Below, in pieces: positions 45,759 to 53,453 of a stretch of 64,000 bases of DNA. The translations under genes and the position numbers were made by a program. The notes beneath the pieces are model-generated. The model saw only the letters and a list, made by a program, of their open reading frames with translations. It was not told the DNA's origin and searched no databases. The DNA comes from an uncultured Gemmatimonadaceae bacterium (GTDB taxonomy: Bacteria > Gemmatimonadota > Gemmatimonadetes > Longimicrobiales > Gaopeijiaceae), in contig CAZSDD010000001.1 in the NCBI GenBank assembly GCA_964605505.1, positions 32,840-96,839 on the forward strand, written 5' to 3'. Numbering within the stretch: position 1 is the stretch's first letter; every line of letters begins with the position of its first letter.

Positions 45759-46154
45759 GCCGATTTCCTTTGAAGAAGAGTTCCCCCGTCGGAGGAAAAC
45801 GTGGTCAAATGTTTTCCGGAACACGTCATTTTGAGTTTAAAATATGTCAATTTTTAGAGGAGATGGCAAGAGGGGCTGCCGGGGTTGCCGGCCCGCCCGC
45901 CTCGTCCTCCGTTGCACCGGAAGGTGGGATAGGAGAGATTGGTCCTTCCGGCTCGATTTCAACGAAGGCTTGAGGGTAACGTGGAAGACAGACCACCCCC
46001 TGGCAGACCTCAACCCCTTCCTCTGTCTGTTTCTCCGGAGGCCCCCTCCGGAAAGCGGCGGGTGGCGGCGGCGGTGGCCCTATCCCTCCTGGAGGTGATT
46101 CGGGCCCGGGATCTTCCAACCGAAATCCTGGGATCCGAGGACCCGGCCCGGACC

Positions 46155-46655
46155 ATGCCCCGCCGCCTGGGATTGAGCGAGGCCGTGGAGCTCCAGATCC
46201 GCCGATACCGGAAAGAGGCCCGGAAACGGCGCCGGATCAATGACGAGGAGGTCCGTGACCTCTTCGGACTCGTCCTGCGAAGGCCCGACTCCGAAGAGGT
46301 GTTCTACCAGGTTGGAGAGTTGCTGGCGGGAAAGGACGCACCGATCCGGGGATGGAAGCGTCTTCTTCCCCGGAGGATTCGTTACGGGATGGCCCGCCGC
46401 CAGATCCGGCGGCGCTTTCGGACCCTCTTCGGCCGCGCCATGGGCGGCTTTGCCCAGGGCCGGTTCACCCTGGAGGCAAGGGCTCATTTTCTCCTGGAGA
46501 TGGATCCGGGAGGGGACGCCTGCGCCCTCCTCACCGGCTTCACTCGTGTCATACTCAGCCGATATCTGGGGTCTCCCGTCACCGTCACCCACCCTCATTG
46601 CCGATCCCGAAAGGACGAGCTGTGTCGCTGGGTGGCGACAGAAGTGAAAGACTGA
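46155..46655 (+). CDS. hypothetical protein with a V4R-like C-terminal Cys motif; start uncertain
   Basis: The C-terminus DACALLTGFTRVILSRYLGSPVTVTHPHCRSRKDELCRWVA fits the V4R pattern (C-x3-G ... C-x6-C-x-aromatic). In-frame GTGs at 46062 and 46074, or the TTG at 45939, could extend the N-terminus. Confidence 0.5.
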   Translation: MPRRLGLSEAVELQIRRYRKEARKRRRINDEEVRDLFGLVLRRPDSEEVFYQVGELLAGKDAPIRGWKRLLPRRIRYGMARRQIRRRFRTLFGRAMGGFAQGRFTLEARAHFLLEMDPGGDACALLTGFTRVILSRYLGSPVTVTHPHCRSRKDELCRWVATEVKD

Positions 46656-46690
46656 CCTGCCATGTGCAACCCGGAATTGGGAGATGCGTG

Positions 46691-47149
46691 ATGGTGAAAG
46701 AGGGTGACAGGGCCCCGAACTTCAGTCTGCCGGCTGACGACGGCTCGCAGGTGCGACTTTCGGATCTGAGAGGAAAGCGGGTGGTCCTCTACTTCTATCC
46801 CAAGGACAATACCTCAGGATGCACCACCCAGGCCTGCGATCTCCGGGATACCCTCCCGGAGATCGACGAAAAGGGCGCCGTGGTCCTGGGCGTCTCTCCG
46901 GACCCCATCTCCTCCCACGAGAAGTTCAGGAACAAGTTCTCCTTGAACTTCCCGCTCCTCTCCGATGAGGACCACCAGGTGGCCGAGGCCTATGGGGTAT
47001 GGAAAGAAAAGTCCATGTACGGGCGGAAGTACTGGGGGATCGAGCGCAGCACCTTCATCATCGATGAAGATGGTGTGGTGGCTCATGCCTGGCGGAACGT
47101 GAGGCCCAAGGGGCATGCGCAGAAGGTGACGGAGGCTCTGGCCTCCTGA
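46691..47149 (+). CDS. bcp: thioredoxin-dependent peroxiredoxin Bcp
   Basis: GDRAPNFSLPADDGSQVRLSDLRGKRVVLYFYPKDNTSGCTTQAC ... LGVSPD. ATG 46691. Confidence 0.92.
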   Translation: MVKEGDRAPNFSLPADDGSQVRLSDLRGKRVVLYFYPKDNTSGCTTQACDLRDTLPEIDEKGAVVLGVSPDPISSHEKFRNKFSLNFPLLSDEDHQVAEAYGVWKEKSMYGRKYWGIERSTFIIDEDGVVAHAWRNVRPKGHAQKVTEALAS

Positions 47150-47163
47150 CGGCACTCCTGGAG

Positions 47164-47184
47164 CCGCCGGCCCGGTGCCGGCGG
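47164..47184. terminator. GC-rich hairpin between the convergent bcp and CoA-binding genes
   Basis: Perfect 8-bp stem CCGCCGGC/GCCGGCGG with a 5-nt loop and no clear U-tract. Confidence 0.4.
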
Positions 47185-47216
47185 ACCTTCCACCTGTCCT
47201 TTCCGGGCCTGCGAAC

Positions 47217-47678
47217 CTATCCCCCCAGGGCCCTGTGGGCCTGATAGGCGCAGAGATCCTGAATCATCCGGATCCCCTGGCTCCTGGCCCGGCTCGCCAC
47301 TTCGTCGGCCCGAATCCCCTCCTGAAGCCAGATGACGGGCCTTTCCTCCCGTTCCATGGCGGCTTCGGCCACCTGGGCTGCTTCTTCCGAGGGCCGGAAG
47401 ACCAGAACCATGTCCACAGCTTCTGTGACGTCGGTCAGTGAGTCCCGGGCGTCCTTTCCGAGGGCTCTGTCCAGAAAGGGATTCACCGGAACGATATCGT
47501 ACCCCTGGCTGGCCAGGTAGGAGGGCACACGGCGAGCGGCCTTCTCGGGATTCCCCGAGATTCCCACCACGGCGATGCTCTCCACCGTCTCCAGGATCGT
47601 TTTGATCTCCTCTGGACCTGGGTTCTCAGGATCGTGGCTCCTGTCCAGGATCTGCTGAAGCCTCGCCAATTCATCCAT
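47217..47678 (-). CDS. CoA-binding domain protein (YccU/YneT family)
   Basis: SIAVVGISGNPEKAARRVPSYLASQGYDIVPVNP ... VDMVLVFRPSEE ... VIWLQEGI. Confidence 0.85.
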   Translation of the reverse strand: MDELARLQQILDRSHDPENPGPEEIKTILETVESIAVVGISGNPEKAARRVPSYLASQGYDIVPVNPFLDRALGKDARDSLTDVTEAVDMVLVFRPSEEAAQVAEAAMEREERPVIWLQEGIRADEVASRARSQGIRMIQDLCAYQAHRALGG

Positions 47679-47852
47679 GGTGTTCCACCTCCGCCATCGC
47701 GTTTCGGGTCCTGGGGATAACGGCTAACCTATTGCATGCCATTGCCTGGTTCCGCAAGATCTGACACACGGGTTTCCTGTGGAAGGGATGGAGGCCATCA
47801 TTGGAGTGGGCTCCGTCTCCGAGACCCGCACGAACCTCAAACGAAATGAGCC

Positions 47853-48692
47853 ATGGACGACGCACTGTTTCTGGGGCTTGGCCTCCTGGTGGGGGGAATT
47901 CTGGGTTGGGTCATCGGTGTTCAAAGAGGGGTCCGCCGGGCCGAAGGGCAGGTGGCCGGCCTTCTGGAAGCCCTCCGGGCGGGCCGACGGCCGATTCCTG
48001 AAGAGGCACCTCCGGGAGAGATGCCCCCGCTGAGTGAAATCAGGGCGATCCTGGCCGGTGAGTGGGCGCCGCGAACGGAAGGGGATCCTGGGGGTGGGAT
48101 GGCCCTCGATCGCGTGGCCGAGTACCTGCGGGTGCGGGTGACGGAACCGTTATCGGCTTCTCTGGAGGGAGATGATGGAGAGTTGCGGGCGTGGGTGGAG
48201 TCGGTGTTGGACGCTGTGGATGACATGCGCTTCTTCCTCCAGGCGCCATCGGAAGAAACGGAGCGGGTGATCACCAATCTCGTGGACCTGGTGGGGGAGG
48301 TGACGCAGGAATTCTCCGGAGAACTGACGGTCCGGTTGAAGGTTGAAGCGCCGCCGGGACCCCTTCGGGCCCGAGTGGATCCCGAGCCCCTGAAGGACGC
48401 CCTCTTCCTCATTCTTCACAACGCGGGGGAGTTCGGGGACAGGGAGGCCGTGGAGGTCACCCTTCGAAAGACCGGGGAGTCGATCCACATTCTGGTTCGG
48501 GACCGTGGGCCCGGCTTTACGGCAGAGGCTCTGATCAAGGCCATGGACCCATTCTACTCCACCACCCCCGGAGGCCTGGGCCTTGGCCTGCCCTACGCCA
48601 GGATGGCCGTGAAGGCCCAGGGTGGAGAGATGGTCCTGAGGAATCGCGAGGATGGAGGCGCAGAGGTGGAGGTCATCCTGCCACAGGACTGA
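47853..48692 (+). CDS. membrane-anchored GHKL/HATPase_c protein, histidine-kinase-like but without a phospho-acceptor His
   Basis: One N-terminal TM helix. N box LFLILHNAGEF, G1 VRDRGPGF, F/G2 FYSTTPGGLGLGLPYA. There is no histidine anywhere upstream of the N box; the H-box position reads VAEYLRVRVTEPL. Confidence 0.7.
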   Translation: MDDALFLGLGLLVGGILGWVIGVQRGVRRAEGQVAGLLEALRAGRRPIPEEAPPGEMPPLSEIRAILAGEWAPRTEGDPGGGMALDRVAEYLRVRVTEPLSASLEGDDGELRAWVESVLDAVDDMRFFLQAPSEETERVITNLVDLVGEVTQEFSGELTVRLKVEAPPGPLRARVDPEPLKDALFLILHNAGEFGDREAVEVTLRKTGESIHILVRDRGPGFTAEALIKAMDPFYSTTPGGLGLGLPYARMAVKAQGGEMVLRNREDGGAEVEVILPQD

Positions 48693-48715
48693 CTGGCCAG
48701 GCTTTTCCGAAGCCC

Positions 48716-49153
48716 CTACACCCAACCATACACATGGTAGAGGAGGACGTAGACCAGGAGCCCCGTCACGGACACGTAAAGCCAGATGGGGAAGGTCCAT
48801 CCGGCAAGACGGGCATGGGCATGGAATCTCTCCTTCCACGCCAGGTAGAGGAGGCGGAGGACCATGGGCACGATGACCACCGCCAGGATCATGTGGGAAA
48901 AGAGAACGCTGAGGTAGACGGTCCTGGCCAGGCCTTCTCCCGCGAAGTGATGAGTCCCCGTCAGAGAAAACCGAAACAGATAGAAGATCAGGAAGAGCCC
49001 CGAGGAAGCCACCGCCCCCAGCATGGCCATCCGGTGGCGTTGGATGTCCCTCCTTTTGATGAACCGGAACCCGGCCAGGAGCAGAAGGGTGCTGGTGAGG
49101 TTGAGCCCGGCGTTCAGCGGGGCCAGGAGACCCCCCAGGGCCTCGGCCGTCAT
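48716..49153 (-). CDS. DUF420 (CtaM-like) membrane protein
   Basis: 145 aa with four TM helices. The pattern FIKRRDIQRHRMAMLGAV ... HARLAGWTFPIWLYVSVTG is typical of DUF420 next to ctaA. The start ATG overlaps the ctaA stop by 4 nt. Confidence 0.65.
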   Translation of the reverse strand: MTAEALGGLLAPLNAGLNLTSTLLLLAGFRFIKRRDIQRHRMAMLGAVASSGLFLIFYLFRFSLTGTHHFAGEGLARTVYLSVLFSHMILAVVIVPMVLRLLYLAWKERFHAHARLAGWTFPIWLYVSVTGLLVYVLLYHVYGWV

Positions 49154-50115
49154 GGGCCTGCTACCGGCTTGAAAGCGGCCACCGAAGAGTCTTCCTCCCC
49201 CTCTTCCCTTCGGGCCGGAGTCTCGGTTTCCGGCGCCCAGGTCAGGCAGGCCAGGGCCACCAGAACGACCAGGAGGGAGGCTGCCAGGAGGGTGTGAAGG
49301 GAGACGGGGATCACCGAAAGGCGGAAGTAGACGGAGAAGAAGCCCAGAAGCACCTGGACCAGGGCCAGGGCCGCGGCTGAGACCCCCAGATTCCGGATCC
49401 ACCGGGAGCCACCTCGCCGAAAAGCCAGGTGACCCACCAGGAGAACCGCCCCCAGAACCAGAATCCCCAGGACTCTGTGTCCGAAGTGCAGGATCACCAG
49501 ACCATTCTGAAAAGGTGGGACCCACTGTCCAAGGCAGAGAGGCACATCGGGGCAGGCCATCCCGGCGTCGGCGTGTCGCACCGCCGCCCCCATCAAGGAC
49601 TGGCCGAAAGTGAGGGCCGCCGCCGCCAGAGCGGTCTTTCGCAGGAGATCCCGGACAGATCCGGGCGGGCCCACTCCCCCGGTCCAGAAGGGGGCGCTGG
49701 GCACGTAGAGGACCGTGGCCAGGCCAAGAAAGAGAAAGGCCAGCCCCAGGTGGGAGGTGGAGATGGCATCGGGGAGCCTGTACAGAACGGTGATTCCCCC
49801 CAGAACGGCCTGGATCAGGAGCAGGAAGATTCCCGCCAGGGTCCATCCCCGGATCCAGGAAAAACGAGGCTCCTCCCGCCATGCCAGGTAGGCGGCTCCC
49901 GTGAAGAAGAGGATGAGGCCTCCGGCTACCAGGCGGTGCAGGTGTTCCCAGAACACCCCACCCGTCATCTCCGGAACCATGGTACCGAAGCAGGTAGGCC
50001 AATCCGGACAGGCGAGACTGGACTCGGTGGCGTGGACCACACTCCCCAGGTAGAGGAGGAAAAGCGTCCAGACGATGGTGATGAGAAACGCTCGTGGGTG
50101 CTGTTGGTTGTTCAT
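49150..50115 (-). CDS. ctaA: heme A synthase (COX15/CtaA)
   Basis: Paired Cys motifs CPDWPTC and CPDVPLC, conserved His residues in TM helices (WEHLHRL, HFGHRVLG). ATG 50115 (MNNQQHP). Confidence 0.85.
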   Translation of the reverse strand: MNNQQHPRAFLITIVWTLFLLYLGSVVHATESSLACPDWPTCFGTMVPEMTGGVFWEHLHRLVAGGLILFFTGAAYLAWREEPRFSWIRGWTLAGIFLLLIQAVLGGITVLYRLPDAISTSHLGLAFLFLGLATVLYVPSAPFWTGGVGPPGSVRDLLRKTALAAAALTFGQSLMGAAVRHADAGMACPDVPLCLGQWVPPFQNGLVILHFGHRVLGILVLGAVLLVGHLAFRRGGSRWIRNLGVSAAALALVQVLLGFFSVYFRLSVIPVSLHTLLAASLLVVLVALACLTWAPETETPARREEGEEDSSVAAFKPVAGP

Positions 50116-50282
50116 GGCCTGGAGGTACCCGTCGGGGGGTGGCGGGTGCCCCCCATGGGGAGTCCCGGCCGCCGTTTTACCGTCGGCGTGGAATGCACCG
50201 GCTACTTTCCCTAACTTCTCCCCTTCGAAGGGCCGCGCCAAGGGCGGTGTTTCGAGCCCCGACGGGAAAACACGGGAGTTCC

Positions 50283-52097
50283 ATGTCAAAGCGCTCCAGG
50301 AGCATCGATCCACCGAAGCCACGCCTGACGCCCGGTCAAGCCTTCGGCTTCCTGGGCCTTCTGGCCCCCAGGGTCCGCCCGTACCGGAAGGCGCTGGCCG
50401 TGGCCGGGGTCCTTCTGCTCTTCGGCACCGGCATCGGCCTGGCTTTTCCCCTGGTGGTTCGGGAGCTTCTGGATGCCGCATTCCTCAGGAGCGACGCCTC
50501 TCTCCTGAATCTCATCGCCCTGGGGCTGCTGGCTCTGTTTGCCGTCCAGGCCGTCAACAACTTCGCCCAGAGCTACCTCTTCGCCTCCACCTCGGAGCGC
50601 ATCGTGGCGGAGCTCAGGACCGACCTCTTTCGATCCCTGGTCTTCCAGCCTCCGGGCTTCTTCGATCAGCGTCGTGTGGGTGAGCTGACTTCCCGGATAT
50701 CCTCGGATACCGGGCTGGTCCAGGGCGTTCTGCGATTCGGGGTACCCGAGCTGGTGCGGCAGGGCGTCTTCCTGGTGGGAGCCTTGATCCTGGTGACCAT
50801 CACCCATCCCCGTCTCACCCTGGTCACCCTCATCGCCGTACCCTTCGCCGCGGTGGTGGGCTGGCTTTTCGGGAAGCGTGTCCGGCGCCTGAGCCTCCGG
50901 ATTCAGGACCGCCTGGCCGGAGCCGTATCCCGTGCGGAGCAGGTCTTCACCCAGATCCAGACGGTCCAGGCCTTTACCCGTGAGGAGTGGGAGCAGGGAC
51001 GGTTTTCCCACGAGGTCATGGCAGTCCGGGACGAAGGGCTCAAGCGGGCTGTGGCCCGTGCAGGCCTCACAGGGGCCATCACCTTCTCTGCCTTCGGAGG
51101 AATCGTTCTGGTTCTCTGGGAGGGGGGGCGCCTGGTCCTCTCCGGAGCCCTGACCCCGGGGACCCTGGTGGCCTTCCTCCTCTATGCGGTGACCATCGCC
51201 GGGGCCATCACCTCCCTGGCCGGATTCTGGGGAAACCTCCAGGAAGCCGCCGGGGCAGCCCAGCGCATCTTCGAGCTCATGGATCATCCCAGGGAGTTGC
51301 CGGAGCCGGATCGGCCCAGGGTCCTCCCCTCGCCGGTGGAGGGAATCATCGCCTATGAGGGGGTGACCTTCCGTTACGGTCCGGATCTGCCTCTCGTGCT
51401 GAGGGGAATCGACGTCCTGGTGGGGCAGGGCGAGCGGGTGGCTCTGGTGGGGACTTCCGGAGCCGGAAAGAGCACCATGGCCTCCCTCCTTCCCCGCTTC
51501 TACGACGTGGAGGAGGGGCGGGTGACCCTGGACGGTGTGGATGTTCGGGAGCTGAGGCTGAGGGACTTGAGAAGCCACATCGGCATCGTACCGCAGGAGC
51601 CCATGCTCTTCGCCGGCACCGTTCGGGAGAACCTGGCCTACGGCCGGGAAGACGCCACCGAGAAGGAGGTCACGGAAGCGGCCCGGGGTGCCCACGCCCA
51701 TGACTTCATTACCGCCTTTCCCGACGGATATGATCAGCTCATCGGAGAACGGGGCGTGACCCTCAGCGCCGGCCAGCGTCAGCGGATCGCCATCGCCCGG
51801 GTGATGCTCCGGAAGCCGGCCGTCCTGATCCTGGACGAGGCCTCCTCCAGCCTGGACGCCGAGAGCGAAGCCCTGGTCCAGGACGCTTTGGATCAGTTGA
51901 TGGCCGGAAGGACCACACTGGTCATCGCCCACCGGCTGTCCACCGTCATCCGGGCCGACGAGATCCTGGTCCTGGACGGGGGCGTCATCGTGGACCGGGG
52001 GAGTCACGCGGAGCTCCTGGGCCGGAGCCCCGTGTATCAGCGACTCTATCAGCGGCAATTCGACGACGCCCTGGCCACCACCCGGGATTCCGCATAG
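50283..52097 (+). CDS. ABC exporter, fused permease/ATPase (MsbA/ABCB-like)
   Basis: Six-TM domain, then Walker A GTSGAGKST, signature LSAGQRQRIAIAR, Walker B LILDEASS. ATG 50283. Confidence 0.9.
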   Translation: MSKRSRSIDPPKPRLTPGQAFGFLGLLAPRVRPYRKALAVAGVLLLFGTGIGLAFPLVVRELLDAAFLRSDASLLNLIALGLLALFAVQAVNNFAQSYLFASTSERIVAELRTDLFRSLVFQPPGFFDQRRVGELTSRISSDTGLVQGVLRFGVPELVRQGVFLVGALILVTITHPRLTLVTLIAVPFAAVVGWLFGKRVRRLSLRIQDRLAGAVSRAEQVFTQIQTVQAFTREEWEQGRFSHEVMAVRDEGLKRAVARAGLTGAITFSAFGGIVLVLWEGGRLVLSGALTPGTLVAFLLYAVTIAGAITSLAGFWGNLQEAAGAAQRIFELMDHPRELPEPDRPRVLPSPVEGIIAYEGVTFRYGPDLPLVLRGIDVLVGQGERVALVGTSGAGKSTMASLLPRFYDVEEGRVTLDGVDVRELRLRDLRSHIGIVPQEPMLFAGTVRENLAYGREDATEKEVTEAARGAHAHDFITAFPDGYDQLIGERGVTLSAGQRQRIAIARVMLRKPAVLILDEASSSLDAESEALVQDALDQLMAGRTTLVIAHRLSTVIRADEILVLDGGVIVDRGSHAELLGRSPVYQRLYQRQFDDALATTRDSA

Positions 52098-52132
52098 GGA
52101 GACACCCTTCCGGAGCGGGTCTCCCGGCGCGA

Positions 52133-52191
52133 GTGAATCGCTGCCGGCCCTTGCCCCGGTTCCGGTGAATCGCTGCCGGTCCTTGCCTCGG
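52133..52191. repeat. direct repeat, 2 x 27 nt with 32-nt period (GTGAATCGCTGCCGG[C/T]CCTTGCC[C/T]CGG)
   Basis: 25 of 27 positions are identical by direct comparison. It lies 105-163 nt upstream of the annotated corA start. Confidence 0.85.
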
Positions 52192-52295
52192 CCCCGGGAA
52201 GGCCCGTTTCTTGATCTGCGTCCATCATCCGGCTCGGGACCTTCAGAATCCACGAGGGCCTCCGGGCCGGAGCCAACAGCGCTGGAGGTTTCAGA

Positions 52296-53453
52296 ATGTC
52301 CGCCTTCTCCTCCGTCACCAGCAATCTTTCCCACCTCACCCGGGAAGCCCTGGGCGGAGCCCTGCACCCCCTGCGGACCGCTCGGGTGGTGGGCCGCCTG
52401 GTCCACCGGTCAGGTCAGAAACCGGGGGCTGCGCCGGGTACACTGATCCACTCCGGTCCCAAGAGGGTGGAGCAGACCCGGCTCCGCCTGTTGGAGTACG
52501 ATGCAGAGAGCCTCCGGGAGCGGGAGTTGGAGACGGTGAAGGATGCCTTTCCCACCAGGGACAATCCCCCGGTGGGCTGGCTGAACGTGGACGGTCTCCA
52601 CGACCCGGAGGTGATGAAGGCTCTTCGGGACCATTTCGGCCTCCATCTCCTGGTCATGGAAGATGTGGTGACCCTGGGGCAGCGGCCCAAGGTGGAAGAG
52701 TATGATGAGTACATCTACCTGGCAGTGCCCATGCTCTTTTTCGACCCTCTGACCCGGACGGTCGAGACGGAGCAGTTGAGCCTGATCCTGGGTCCTGGAT
52801 GGGTCATGACGTTCCAGGAGCGCCCCGGGGATGTGTTCGAGCCGGTTCGGGAGCGCCTCCGTGCGGCCTACGGCAGGATCCGCCAGCGGGGTGCCGACTA
52901 CCTGGCCTATGCCCTGGTGGATGCCGTGGTGGACCGGTACTTCCTGATCCTGGAGCAACTGGGGGACGTGGCCGAGGACCTGGACGTGAGGATCATCGAC
53001 GACTCCTCCCCGGAGGTTCTTCGAGGGGTGAACCACCTCAAGCGGGAGCTCCTCCTGATGCGAAAGGCGGTCTGGCCCCTCCGGGAGGCCCTGAACGGCC
53101 TGGTCCGTACCGAATCCCGCCTGGTGGAGGAGAATACCCAGGTCTTCCTCCGGGACGTCCACGATCACGCCGTCCAGGTCATCGACACGGTGGAGACCCT
53201 CCGGGACGTCGCTTCTTCGATGACGGATCTCTACCTCTCAACGGTGGGGCAGCGGACCAACGATGTCATGAAGGTCCTGACCATCATGGCCTCCATCTTC
53301 ATTCCCCTGACCTTCATGGCCGGGGTCTACGGGATGAACTTCGAGTTCATGCCCGAGCTAGAGTACCGGTGGGCCTATCCGGCCCTATGGGGGGCCATGC
53401 TGGCGGTGGCCGGGGGAATGGTGCTGTACTTCAGAAAGAAGGGGTGGCTATGA
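52296..53453 (+). CDS. corA: magnesium/cobalt transporter CorA
   Basis: YGMNFEFMPEL (GMN motif) followed by the final TM helix. The N-terminal start is uncertain; about 40 aa extra relative to Thermotoga CorA. Confidence 0.9.
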   Translation: MSAFSSVTSNLSHLTREALGGALHPLRTARVVGRLVHRSGQKPGAAPGTLIHSGPKRVEQTRLRLLEYDAESLRERELETVKDAFPTRDNPPVGWLNVDGLHDPEVMKALRDHFGLHLLVMEDVVTLGQRPKVEEYDEYIYLAVPMLFFDPLTRTVETEQLSLILGPGWVMTFQERPGDVFEPVRERLRAAYGRIRQRGADYLAYALVDAVVDRYFLILEQLGDVAEDLDVRIIDDSSPEVLRGVNHLKRELLLMRKAVWPLREALNGLVRTESRLVEENTQVFLRDVHDHAVQVIDTVETLRDVASSMTDLYLSTVGQRTNDVMKVLTIMASIFIPLTFMAGVYGMNFEFMPELEYRWAYPALWGAMLAVAGGMVLYFRKKGWL

